Of a stretch of DNA of 64,000 nucleotides, positions 25,165 through 37,454 are shown in pieces. Where the stretch lies: assembly GCA_965287045.1 (NCBI GenBank), contig OZ336890.1, forward strand, positions 25,296,001 through 25,360,000, in the 5' to 3' direction. The position numbers and the translations under genes were made by a program. This stretch comes from Carcharhinus amblyrhynchos (taxonomy: Eukaryota). Numbering within the stretch: the first letter of the stretch is position 1; each line of letters begins with the position of its first letter. The notes beneath the pieces are model-generated. The model saw nothing but the letters and a program-made list of their open reading frames with translations, ran no database searches and was not told where the DNA came from.

Positions 25165-26345
25165 ACGTCTTTCATCTGAAACTCTAACCTGCCCATTCAG
25201 GTGGAGGTGAAATATCTCAGAGCTCTATCGCAGAAGTGCAGGGGAGTTCTCTTGGTGTCCTGGTCACGGGATCATAGTAATGCAGGAACAGGGATAGAAC
25301 ATTCAGCCCCTCGAGCCTGTCTGCCATTTCTTTTGTTCTTGTGAAGATGATTTGCATCATGGGTGATAGAATCATAGGAATGGTTCGAAAAGAAGGCCAT
25401 GCCTCCTATTCAGTTCACATTTGCTCTCTGTAAGGGCTACTCAGCTAGTCCCACTCCCCTACCTTTCCCCCATATGCCTGCAAATGGTTACTCTTCAACT
25501 AATTATCTAATTGCCTTTTGAAAACTTTGATTGAACCTACCTCTATTACAGCCTCAGGCAGTGCATTTCAGATCCAAAAGAAGTGCTGCGTAAAAAGAAA
25601 CGTTTGCCCCCAAGTTGCTTTTGGTTCCTTTGTCAAGCACCTTAATGAACCCACTGGTTCTCTATCCCTCTGCCAATGGGGACGGTTTCTCTCCATCTAC
25701 TCTGTCCAGACTCTTTGTAGTTTTGGACACCTCCATCAAATCTCTCCTGCAGTTGACGCCAAACCAGTGCTTTTTGAAGGATCATCATCACTTGCTTACT
25801 TTTGTACTCTATGGGCAGGACTTTCCAGCTGCGCTAGCCCCAAGGCCAGAAATTCCTGCCTGACGTCAACAGATCTTTTCATGGTCCACCCCCGCCTGCG
25901 CTGATTCCCATGGCGGGTGGGAAGGGAAAATTCCACCCTATGCCTCTATTCACAAAACCGTGGATGCCACCTTTCTTCTTAATCACTTTCTCAACCTGCC
26001 CTGTTACCTTCAATGATTTGTGCACATATACCCTCAGCTCCCTCTGCTCTGGACCCCATTTAGAATTGTGTTCTTTATTTGATTTTGCCATTGCTAATTC
26101 TTGCTGCTAAATATATTACTTCACACTTCTCTGCATTAAATTTCATCTGCCATGTGATTGACACCACTAAAACAGATAAACAAATCATTTATCTCACTGC
26201 TATTTGTTGGTTCGTGTACAAATTAGTTGCTGCATCTGCCAACAAAATAACACTGACTGAACTTTAAAAGTAATTAATTGGCTAGAAAGTGTTTTGGAAC
26301 AATCTGAGACACGAAAGGCACCATTTAGGTGCAAGTTCTTTCATT
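25165..26345 (+). mobile_element. DeuSINE/AmnSINE-like element (about 25165-25266 plus 26160-26345) split by minus-strand CR1 fragments
   Basis: 5' part tcaggtggaggtgaaa...gcaggggagttctcttggtgtcctgg; 3' part aaaacagat...aattaattggct...aaaggcaccatttaggtgcaagttcttt. The intervening DNA is reverse CR1. Confidence 0.55.
25813..25938 (+). mobile_element. 126-bp MITE with 3-bp TAT target-site duplication (PIF/Harbinger-like)
   Basis: Termini gggcaggactttcc and ggaaaattccaccc; TAT at 25810-25812 and 25939-25941. Removing it restores a continuous CR1-like sequence, cttttgtactctatgcctctat. Confidence 0.8.
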
Positions 26346-26811
26346 AGTAAATTTACTCGGCACCTTCTGGTAGCTCCAACATCCTCACTAAAATGAGGTG
26401 CACAGAACTGTACACAGTACACCAATTGCAGTTTGATCAATGCCTTGTACAGATTCATCATCTCTGCCTGATTGTGTTCAAGGTTGAAACCTGGAATTCT
26501 ATTTTGCACACAGAAGTCCTTTAAAAGCTTTAATGAATCAATACCTATTCTCTGTTCCTCTGATCCAGAGTTTTAATGTTTCGGTTACATTTTCATCTTC
26601 TGTCCTTTTTGCAAAAATAAATGACTTCACTATGTACTCAATTTTTAATCTACCATTTTAAAAGTGAAAGAGACACAGCCAGCTGGTCAGTAAGTTGAAT
26701 TGTGTTGAGGGTAGGTACCAAGACCAGGAATCCGGGATCCAGGAGTCTTTTTGGGCCGATGGTGGTTTCCCAGTCGGCTGCTGTAACTTTGAGGAGGGAC
26801 TGGTGGCAAGA

Positions 26812-27127
26812 ACCATAGAACCGTAGAATCCCTACAGTGCAGAAGGAGGCCATTGGGCCCATCAAACCTGCACTGACAACAATCCCACCCAGATCCTATC
26901 CCTGTAATCCTAAGCAATTAATGTGCTAATCTCCCTGACACTAAGGGATAATTTAACATGGCCAATCAACCTAACCCGCATCTTTGGAGTGTGGGAGGAA
27001 ATCGGAGCATCCATACAGACAAGGGGAGAAAGTGCAAACTCCACACAGACAGTCACCCAAGGCTAGAATTGAACCCGGGTCCCTGGTGCTGTGAGGCAGC
27101 AGTGCTAACCACTGTGTCACTGTGCCG
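26812..27127 (-). mobile_element. V-SINE/HE1-type SINE
   Basis: catagaaccgtagaatccctacagtgcagaaggaggcc ... gaggcagcagtgctaaccactgtg. Confidence 0.9.
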
Positions 27128-28802
27128 CAATCCAATCTCATTAGTGCATCGAACAGATGTTTCTGAGAATCATTTGCCCAAACTATTGCAACTTTGGAGA
27201 AGTGTGTAGGATATTCCTGGTACAGTTATTTAAAGGCATGGGGAGGCACAATTAAGGCAAACAGCAATTGGAGTCTGGTCGATGTCTGGTAAACAGAGCA
27301 ATGAAGTTCAGTGCTTTCACAGAACTCAGAGGGTGCAACTGTCAGGGAAGACTGAACAAGCTGCGGCTCTGTTCCCCGAAAAAGAGACTGAGGGCTGGAT
27401 TTAGGCGCGTATTTGAAATCAGGAATTTTTCAAACTCATTGCATCCTATGTAGTAAAAAGTGCCCCATGCCCCAATGTGCACAACTTCCAACCTGCAGTG
27501 TTGGGGGAAGTGGGGACTGGTGGGGGCGTGGTAGGTGTGGGATGGTACTGTATCTGTTCACAGAGTGTAGTCAGCCACTGGGGGGATGAAAAGCTCCTCT
27601 CGGTTCTCTATGACTTTGCTCCAGTTGTCTTGGCACCCCGATCAGCAAGTCGATTCAGCTTACCCATTCTAGCCTCCCTTCCAGCAGATACACCACAACA
27701 GCAGATGGCACAGGAGGAGGAAGATGATAAAAATAATTCAGAAAGAATGGAGAAATAACTACCCCCTTGTAGATGATAATGATGTTGGGAACAACAAGCA
27801 GGATGATGATGGAATTGGGGAGAGATGAATCAGGATTCATTTCGCTGCAGTGGGCCCTTCTCTGCGTTTCATCGAGCCAGCCTCCAGGTCTAACTCACCT
27901 CCTGTTCCACCTGCCTCTTCCCTGCCTTTGCACCGGCACAGATACTTTCATCCAAGACAATTAAATAGCGGCTGATTCACAGAGCACGAGGGGGCTGGAG
28001 GAATGGGAAGTGTCTGATGCTGCACCACTTTCCCAACAGAGGAGAGGCCTCTATCGTTCAAGACATGGGATTCAGAACTCCAATGGGAGGGATGTTTCAG
28101 GAACATCAAACCTACGTTGAGGGTCTGCAGTCAGTCTCCCAGATGCGCAACAAACTGACAGGCATGATTCTCAAGTTTAGAGCTCTCATTTGTGCCGACA
28201 TTAGGGAAGATTTGTCTTTGTTGCAAGCACCAGTGGACCGTGTTCTATCTCCGCAGGATTTTAAAGGTTTGACCCTGTCAGAACTACTGAGGAAAGCAGC
28301 ATGCAGGCAGAGTGGGGAAAAAAAATAACAACACTGCAAAAGAGGATTTCTGGCTGAGAAATAAGGAATGAAGTATACCACACTTTCCAGTTTGGCTTGC
28401 TTCAGATGATGTTGACACCTGCTGCACTGTATAATTCTTGGTTTAAGTTACCCCGAATGCTTTAGCTGAAAAGCAGGACACCCAGATCTGCTAATCTGGG
28501 TTACTTCAGACCCAGGAGACCAGGAATATGGGAAGAAACAAAAGCACAAGGAAATTCAACAGGGCAGGTCTCGGAGCAGAAATCTGGTGTTCATCATGAC
28601 TGAATCCTTACAGAATGTGATTCTGCAAGGTGCCTGTTTCTCTGAGGTCTCTCTGTATGAGACATCTTTCACGGCTAACAAAACAATCTGGTCCTAAACC
28701 ACTAAGGGTTATCACACAAGAATTTTGGCTTTGTGCAATAATGTAGAAGGGATGACAATGAATTGCTAGTCTGTTTCACACTTCCCCCCATTTTTCTTTA
28801 TG

Positions 28803-28983
28803 AAGATGTGCGGGTTAGGTTGATTGGCCATGCTAAAATTGCCCCTTCGTGTCCTGAGATGCGTAGGTTAGAGGGATTAGCGGGTAAATATGTAGGGATA
28901 TGGGGGTAGGGATTGTGGTTGGTGCAGACTCGATGGGCCAAAATGGCCTCTTTCTGCACTGTAGGGTTTCTATGATTCTATGA
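28803..28983 (+). mobile_element. V-SINE/HE1-type SINE, 3' half
   Basis: aagatgtgcgggttaggttgattggccatgct ... ttctatgattctatga. Confidence 0.88.
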
Positions 28984-30356
28984 GACCTTGAACTCTGATT
29001 GAAAACAGTAAGTGGGGGGTCAAAACAGAATTATTATATTTTTCTGCTTTATTTGTTAATGTCACAAGTAGGCTCACATTAGCACTACAATGAAATGACT
29101 GTGAAAATCGCAAACTGATGAGGCCACTCTTTAAGTGACCACTGAGAGAAAAATAACAACAGCCTCAGGCACTACCCATCTCCTTAGTCTTGTGGAACTG
29201 TTCAGTTCTTGTCCGTAATGGGAATGATTTGGGTTATGTGGTAATGTGGACCCTTTAAGGGACAATCCTTTTCAGGCCATGTGATCAGGACAGATGCTAT
29301 TGAATGGCCATGTGGGCCAATCAGAAGCGAAGGCATCCTTGGACAAGGTGGACCTTCAGTTGGAACCAGGGAGGGAGAGAGTAGATCTGTGCATGCACGC
29401 TATCAGACCCTCATCCTGAATATAGATATATTAGTTTAATAAACCCTTTATTGTTGGAGCCACATTGAGCTTTACTCCAGGTTAAAAATGGATGACCTGG
29501 AAATTATTAACCTGAATCAATGTGCTATAGTTCACATTTATGTTCTGTAGCACTATGGCTCATGGAGTTACACGACATCCCCAGTTAGCTTAATAAATGT
29601 TTTTAATATTTAATTCTTTAACTGAAACTGAAATGCATTCATTTTATGATGAGCATTTTCCAATAAATAAAACAATACCAGATATTGAAATTTTAAATCA
29701 ATAACCCTTATTTATGTTTGACAAAACTGTTCTGTTTAATTATAGTGAAATTATATATTAAGCTGATGCATCAAACTGCAACACTATTTCTACAGTGTGC
29801 ATTACATTCCACTGGCAAGGAAGAGATTAAAGGTGGCTCCATGAAATGAAGATGTAAGTCCTGATTTTGTAATCATTGAAAGTCTGGTTAGTGTCCATAG
29901 CCATACTATAGGTATAACTGTGCTGATGACACAAGGATTAAACCACTCACAATTCTACAATCCTAGGTCTTATTATTCATTTATCTGTGGGTGTCGGGCC
30001 TGAATGCCAACTGGCTATCAATTGCAACACTCACTCAGCCAGAAGCATTTAAAGGGATGTTGCTTGTCCTGCGAGTGTATTACAATATTTTCATTCATAA
30101 GATTTTAAACCTAAGTGTAGGTCCAGACACTTCAGCACAGGGCAGGTGTCAGTCGTGGGCTGAGGAAAGCTTAAGTTTGAAAAAAAGCTGAGAAAATACA
30201 ACAGAGGTATATGCTGGAGTACTTCCTTCCTGCACAGGTGACGAGGCAAACTATCTGAAGGTGGGAGGGGTGGGTCAGATTAATGCTGTCTCCCATGTCC
30301 ATCTAACCTGGATGCAAAAATGCTAAAACCTTTGGGCTTCCATTTAAGAGCCAAGG

Positions 30357-30750
30357 TTTCTTTTATTCATTCGTGGGACATGGATGTTGCTGGCTAGCCA
30401 GCATTTATCACCCATTCATCATTGCCCTTGAATTGAGTGGCTTGCTCAGCCATTTCAGAGGGCAGTTGAGAGTCAACCATGTTGCTGTGGGTCTGGAGTC
30501 ACATACAGGCCAGACCAGGCAAGGGCGACAGATTTCCTTCCCTAAAGGACATTAGTGAACCAGATGGATTTTTCTGACAATCGACAATGGTTTCATGGTC
30601 ATCAGTAAATTCTTAGTTACTAGTTTTTTAAAATTGAATTCAAATTCCACCGGCTGCAGTGGCGAGATTCAAACCCAGCTCCCAGAACATTAGCTGAGTT
30701 TCTGTGATTAATAGTCTAGCGATTATACAACCAGACCATCACCTCCCCTC
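30357..30750 (-). mobile_element. SacSINE-like SINE, near full length
   Basis: Reverse complement of the 18640 family, including a tRNA-like head (gatggtctggttg...ctagact...gggtttgaatc). Confidence 0.7.
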
Positions 30751-31124
30751 CAGATAAATAGCAAGTGGCAATAGTTACTATCCTTGTGCAAGCTACCTCC
30801 TTCTCCATGCAAGAGTTGTTGCTCCCTGCTCCCCAGAATTCCAGGTGAAAGGAAGCTGTTTCTGTTTCTACACGGTGCCAATGTGCAGGACACATTTGCA
30901 ATGGCTTTGGTACATCTTTCTCTTGGTACTTGCATGCACTTCTCCAGATGTGGACTAATGGCCATGGCATTGCCACAGAAAGGATCTTTGCAAATGCAGA
31001 GTATGTGGCACCTTAAAGAAAGCTCAATTGCAGAGCACGTTCTCTCCTGAATGTTCTGGAACGGAATGTGGAATCCTAAAACAGCTAGTTAATCATTGCT
31101 GGATCGGAAGGTATAATAACTCCA

Positions 31125-31251
31125 GGAGTAGAAATTTCCAGCTGTGTTCACCCCAACTCCATAGAATCTCACCCAAGAGCAATGGACTTTTGCATGTCCT
31201 GTCCCACCTGCTAAGATTCCCTTGGCTGGCAGGTCGAGAAAATTCCACCCC
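31125..31251 (+). mobile_element. MITE copy (family of 25813-25938)
   Basis: ggagtagaaatttccagctg...caatggacttttgcatg...gagaaaattccaccc. Confidence 0.6.
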
Positions 31252-32309
31252 AGGAATCAGCTGTAAAAGTACTTTATTGCATAAAGTGAAGCAAAGTCAC
31301 AAGCCTGTGGTGAACACAAACAGGTCCCAATTGGGACTTAGCAATGATGGACCCACTCAGGAGCTTACTTTACACAGGACTCCGTATACGAGCTCCGCCT
31401 GATGAGTTAATTACCAATCCCCAGGGAGCTCCTATCCAACAGGAGGTCAATCAGTGATTCCACCCCCCCCATGCAAGTTTTGGGGGTTATCACAGAAAGA
31501 TTTTGACTTTGGGCGATAACATAAAATGCGTGACAATAAATTATTTTACACCTCTCCCCATTTTTTTTTGGAAACCTTGAACAGTGGTTGAAAAACAATA
31601 AGCGGGGATCGAAACAGAATTATTCTTGGAAGGATACAGGTGTAGGTCTATGTACCTGTGGAGGAGTAACCCCTACTCTCCTTTCAGTCAGATATTATGT
31701 GGAGATTACGGTAATAGTGAATCACGTTGCTCCGGGAAAAAAACCTTTGTGCTGCAGGGATAGATCATACTGCAAAGGCGAGTTTTATTTTATATTTAAG
31801 ACATATTACTCAGGTGCTAAGGGTCTAAAAATAATAGCAAGTTTAATGATATTTGTTTTAAAGGCAGGGAAGTTTCTGGATTAATTTATTCATCATGCCA
31901 AGCTGCGGGGTCATATTGGCTGTTACTTCACTTCAATTGATATTTTATGACAAATCCTATCGTCGCTGGAAATATGTAGCAGTTGTTACTGAAATATAAA
32001 ACACTGTTTATATTTCCCTGAAATAATTTTACTGCTAACTGACAGCTTCCTCTCGAGTGTTACTGCAGCAGTGAATATGATTTATCATATTCCACATATT
32101 TAATCTTATGTAGTATTTTCAGTTAATAGCACTTTCAGACAGGCTAGTGAAATATTTATTTTAAAACCAATAATTATAATACAGTGTAGAAATAAGTCAA
32201 GTATTAAAGTTACTTGAGTCAATTTTAAATCATTCTGAAGTAAATGTTTATAAAAGTTAGAAATGTGTGACAAGATTATTTGTTATTTTCAAAGTTTCTA
32301 TATCCACGA

Positions 32310-32602
32310 TATAGTGGCACAGCAGTTAGCTCTGCTGCCTCACAATGCCAGGGACCTGGGTTTAACTCCCAGCTTGGGGCACTGTCTGTGTGGAGTCTGC
32401 ACATTCTCCCTGTGTCTGTGTGGGTTTCCTCCGGGTGCTCTGGTTTCCTCCCACAGTCCGAAAGATGTGCTGGTTAGGTGTACTGGCCATGAATTCTCCA
32501 TCAGTGTACCCAAACAGGCGCCAGAGTGTGTTGACTAGGAGATTTTCATAGTAACTTCATTGTAGTGTTAATGTAAGCCGACTTGTAACAATACTAAATA
32601 AA
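32310..32602 (+). mobile_element. V-SINE with alternative 3' tail (as at 23132)
   Basis: Head and core followed by aacaggcgccagagtgtg...gactaggagattttcatagtaacttcattg...acttgtaacaatactaaataaa. Confidence 0.85.
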
Positions 32603-32754
32603 CCCAGTGCGTAAAAGCATCTCCAGCTGAAATTCTGTGTATTGATTTAGTCAATGAACATTATCAGTTTCTACAGACATATTCAGGGCAATTTTAACTT
32701 GAACTCACTACTGATGGGATTGGGTACAACTTGCTTGACTTTACTCCTCTTTGA

Positions 32755-34343
32755 AGTCTGATGACAGTGATAAGTGGATGGGATGTAAAACTAATGTTCC
32801 AAGCAATCACGTCAGTATATTAAAGGAGGAAATGTTGAGTATCCTAAATTTTATTAAGGTAGACAAGTTCCCAGGGCCGGATAGGATCTATCCCAGGTTA
32901 CTGTGGGAGGCAAGGAAAGAAATAGCTAGATCTTAGCAGATATCTTCACATTCTGTTTGACCACAGGTAAGGTTTCAGAGGCCTGGAGAATAGCAAATGT
33001 TGTTCCCTTGTTTAGGAAAGGAAGCAGCGATAATCCAGGAAAGTTTAGGCCGATGAGCCTGATGTCAATGGTGGCGAGGCTTTTGGATAAGTGACAGGAT
33101 ATATGCATATTTTGAAGAAAATGGACGAGTTAGTGACAGTTTTTGTACAGGGAAGGTCATGTCTCACCAACTTGATTGAGTTTTGGAAGAGGTGACAAAG
33201 ATAGTTGATGAGGGAAGGGCTGTGGGTGTAGTTTATATGGTCTTTAGTAAGGTGTTTGACATGGTCCCACATGGCAGACTTGTACAAAAACTAAAATCGC
33301 GTGGACTGATGAGCTGGCTAGATGGACACAGAACTGGCTTTGTTATAGACGGCAGAGAGTAGTGTTGAAGGGTGTTTTGCAGAATGTAGATCTGTAGCTA
33401 GTAGTGTTCCACAGAGATCAGTGATGGGACCTCCGTTGTTTGTAGTATATGTAAAAGATCCGGAGGAAAATGTGAGTGGACCAAAGTTTGCAGATGACAC
33501 GAAGATTGGTGGAGTTGCTGATAGTGCCATGGACTTGGGCACAGAATGGCATATGGAGTTTCATCCAGACAAACATGAGCTAATGCATTTTGGAGGATCA
33601 AATTTAGGTGTGAGTTACACCGTAAATGTCAGAACCCTTCGGAACATTAACATACAAAGGGATGTGGGTATGCAGGTCACAGTTCCCTAAAAGTGGCAAC
33701 ACAGGTGGCCAAGGTGATTAAGAAAGCATACGGCATGCTTATCTTCATCAGCTGGGCCACTGAGTGCATGAGTTGGGAAATCACGTTGCAGGTATATAAA
33801 ATCTTGTTAGGCTGCATTTGGAGTATTGTGTGCAGTTTTGATCACCACATTACCAGAAGGACGTGGACGCTTTGGAGAGAGTGCATATAAGATTCAGCAA
33901 GCTATTGCCTGGTCTCGAAGATGCTGGCTATGAGAAGAGGTTGAATAAACTGGGATTGTTTTCACTGGACTAGAAAGACAGAGGCTGAGGGGGTGACTTG
34001 ATAGAGGTCTATTAAATTATAAGAACAGACAGGGTGGATAGTCAGAAGCTTTTTCCCAGGGTCAATTACAAGGCACTGCAGATTCAAGGTGAAAGGGGGA
34101 AAGTTTAAGGGAGATGTGCAGAGAAAATGTTTCATACAGAGAGTGATGGGTGGCTGGAATGCGTTGCCAGAGGAAGTGTTTGAAGCAGGCACATTAGCAA
34201 CTTTTAAGAGGCCTCTGGATGTGTACATGAATAGGGATGGAATAGAGGGATATGGACTGAGTAAGGGCAGGAGGTTTTTTTTAGTTTAGTTAGAGCATCA
34301 TGATCAGCACAAACTTGAAGGGCCAAAGAGTCTGTTCCTGTCT
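32755..34343 (+). mobile_element. CR1 LINE, ~1.6 kb decayed reverse transcriptase ORF2 and 3' UTR
   Basis: Frameshifted RT motifs: IKVDKFPGPDRIYPRLL, GPPLFVVYV.D, KFADDTKIGG, and GGKFKGDV...RVMG.WNALPEEV. Confidence 0.92.
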
Positions 34344-34616
34344 TGAGGGATTCCTGGTAGGTTAGGTTAAAATCAGTTCCAGTTTATTCAGCCCTATTAC
34401 CAAGTCAATTCCGTGGACTGTGATGGTCGATGTGTTTGTCAGTTTAGCTGTGCTGAAATGCAGCCTACACTGACATAGCCAAGTTGGGATGAAAAGCTGT
34501 TTCTGTTTTGCAAGTTTTACCTTAATAACAAAATTGCACAAATGTTCCAAGAGCAAACCCGGTTCTAGCTGTTAATTTTGTTACTGTCTGTGTAAAAGTG
34601 TGTTTGACACACTTGT

Positions 34617-34958
34617 GGGCGGCATGGTAGCACAGTGGTTAGCACTGCTGCTTCACAGCTCCAGGGGCCTGGTTTCCATTCCCAGCTTGGGTCACTGCCT
34701 GTGTGGAGATTGCACATTCTCCTCGTGTCTGCATGAGTATCCTCCAGGTGGTCTGGCTTCATCCCACAGATATGCGGGTTAGGTTGATTAGCCATGATAA
34801 AAATTGCCCATTAGTGTCCTGAGATGCATGGGTTAGAGGGATTAGCGGGTAAAATATGTAGGGATATGGAGGTAGGGCCTGGGTTGGATTGTGGTCGGTG
34901 CAGACTCAATGGGCTGAATGGCCTCTTTCTGTGCTTATGGGTTTCTATGATTCTATGA
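34617..34958 (+). mobile_element. V-SINE/HE1-type SINE, full length
   Basis: gggcggcatggtagcacagtggttagcactgctgcttcacagctccaggg ... ttctatgattctatga. Confidence 0.92.
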
Positions 34959-35114
34959 CAAACCTCTCTGAAGGATAAAATAATTTTATGGATATCACTT
35001 TCATATCCCTCAGAAGCACCTCTACATCTTTCCACATTTGGAAGCAAAGACTCCTATTAGATTGTCTGGATACCTTAACATTAAAATGAAATCTGGTACA
35101 GTATCTCTGAAGGG

Positions 35115-35232
35115 AGCTGCGGAATTCTCCCGTCCCACCTGCCACAGGAATCGGGCGGGACACGTACCATACGCGTTGACCTCGGGTGGGATTTTCTGAC
35201 CTTGGGGCGAGTGCGGCTGGAAAATCCCGCCC
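35115..35232 (-). mobile_element. MITE copy, CpG-rich
   Basis: gcggaattctcccgtccc ... ggctggaaaatcccgccc, the reverse of the 14016/25813 family. Confidence 0.75.
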
Positions 35233-35894
35233 GAGGTGTTTTAAGATGATTTTTAGCATTATCATAAGTAGGTGGAAAAGGGGTTTGCTTTATGAATGCA
35301 CCACTCCTTTAAGTAGCAATGGCAGGTCCCTCTCTGTATTAAACCTGTCACCTAAAGCTACTTCTGCAAGTCCACAAACATGACAGGAAATCATTTTTTT
35401 TCTGTAATTGAACCACTAGGAATCTTCTTAAGTCTGAACTTGTTTTTTTATATTTAGATTGTGAGAAGAAGGTTCAGAAAAATGGTGCAGATGTTTTGCT
35501 AAACTTCAAGTTAAATTATTTCTGTTTTGTGAGGTCCGATTTGGCCAGTCACACCTGTGACAAAGACAGGCTTCTCTCAAATACAACCCCACTGGTTGCT
35601 GGGAGCAGAAAAAGACTAATGACAGTCCACTGAAGAACATACACTTTGTAATTGAAAGTACAAGAATTTGCATATATTTGAATTTTATCTTTTCCACTTG
35701 CCAATGGTAATGAATATCCATTAACCTGAAAAGGGACGGACATTTCTCTGAGAATTTCTTCTCTGAGGTTTCGCAGATTGCTCATGGATAAATAGGGAAC
35801 TTTGTAGTTCTCAAATGATGTTCTTCACATGAGAATGTGTGAGCCAGCCACTCAACTATCCAAAAAATATGTTTATAACAATGTGCAGTTCCAT

Positions 35895-37015
35895 TTTTAA
35901 TTCATTCATAGGATACGTGTGTCGCTAGTTTGGCCAGCATTTATTGCTCTTTTCTAATTGCCTTTGAGAAGGTGATGGTGATCTACTTTCCCGAACCTCT
36001 GCAGTCCACATGGGGCAGGCACACACATTGTGTTTTTAGGCAGGGAGCTTCAGGATCTTAATCCAATGGCAGTAAAGGAATGACAACATAGTTCCAGGTC
36101 AGGATGCTGTGTGGCTTGGAGGGGAACTTAGAAGTGTTCTGGTCCCTTACATCTGCTTGTTTTTCTGGAGGTGGAGGTTTAGACAGTGCTGCTGAAGGAG
36201 CCTTGGCGAGTTGTTGCAGTGCATCTTGTAGATGACACACACTGCTGCCACTGTAAGTTGGTGGTGGAGGAAGCAAATGTTGATGATGATGGATGAGTGC
36301 CAAACAAGCAGGCTGCTTTGTCTTGGGTGTTGTTGAGCATCTTGAGTGTCTCATCCTGACAAGTGGAGAGTATTCCATCAAATTCCTGGCTTGTGCCTTA
36401 TAGATGGTGGACAGGACTCAGGAGGTGCATTGCTCACTGACCTGTTTTTTGATCTAATCTTGTAGCCACAATGTTTTTATAATTGGTCCAGTTCAGTTTC
36501 TGGTCAATGGCAACCCCAAGAATGTTGATTGTGGGGGATTCGGTGATGGTAATGCCATGGTTTCCTGCCACTTTTCAACCTAAGCCTCACTATTGAACAT
36601 AAGAACATAAGAACATAAGAAATAGGCCAGATGGCCTACTCCTGCTCCTATTTCTTATGTTCTTATGTTCTTATGTTCTTATTGTCCAGGTTTTGTTGCA
36701 GATGGTAACAGACTGTTTCTGTGTCTCTGCCCCACATGGATTGCAGAGGCTCAGGAAGGTAGCTCACCATCACCTTCTCAAAGGCAATTAGGAACAGGCA
36801 ATGTCAAAGGAAGATGGTTAGATTCTCTCTTGTTGGAATGGCCATTGCCTGGCAATTGTGTGGTACCAATGTTACCTGCCACTTTTCAACCTAAACCACA
36901 CTATTGTCCAGGTCTTGTTGCAGATGCTACCAGATTGCTTCTGTGTATGAGGAGTCACAAATAATCCTGAACATTGTGCACTCATCAGCAAATATTCCCA
37001 CTTCTTGTCTTATGC
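35895..37015 (-). mobile_element. Non-LTR (CR1/L2 group) ORF2 3' region, decayed and locally rearranged
   Basis: Same family as 8060-8690 (ccagcatttattgc...gagaaggtgatggtga; MEYSPL). Confidence 0.75.
36596..36679. repeat. 84-bp fold-back insertion of two opposed CR1 tails with a TATTG target-site duplication
   Basis: 36596-36626 and 36647-36677 form a perfect 31-bp inverted repeat. TATTG lies at 36591-36595 and 36680-36684. Confidence 0.85.
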
Positions 37016-37212
37016 TGGATTTAACTCTGGTTTATACATATCAGGCGGCCAGCATTGCCTGCTGATAAAACATGAAAGCAACCTTAAATCGCAACTTTAA
37101 TGCAAAAAAGGACATGTTTCATTATTTCCCATATTCCTGGAATTTCAATTTACAAGTAGAGACAGCTGAAGGATCACATTTTGTAATCTTGCTTGGCTCT
37201 TTTAGTTGCCAT

Positions 37213-37345
37213 GATGTGGAGATGCCGGCATCGGACTGGGGTAAGCACAGTAAGAAGTCTCACAACACCAGGTTATAGTCCAACAAGTTTATTTGGTAGC
37301 ACGAGCCACAAGCCTTCAGAGCACTGCTCCTTCATCAGGTGAATG
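37213..37345 (-). mobile_element. Penelope-like terminus with a mutated hammerhead motif
   Basis: Minus strand cCTGATGAaGGAGCagtGCTCTGAAGgcttgt, with the GAAA box changed to GAAG. Same family as 10426. Confidence 0.65.
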
Positions 37346-37454
37346 GAAGTTGTGCAGGTGTAGGAAACCAGCAAGGGCACCTTAATTATTTAACACTTTA
37401 ATAGAGAGTTCCCAAACAGAAACAGTATTAGCATTGGGATCCCGCCTTTGTTGG

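Noticed and set aside
27477-28381. ORFs of 61-103 aa as a nested gene
   Set aside because: No recognisable domain or splice structure. Possibly a decayed transposon, but I could not assign it.
34617-34700. tRNA-like sequences at SINE heads as tRNA genes
   Set aside because: They continue into the V-SINE core and LINE-derived tail and show no complete cloverleaf.
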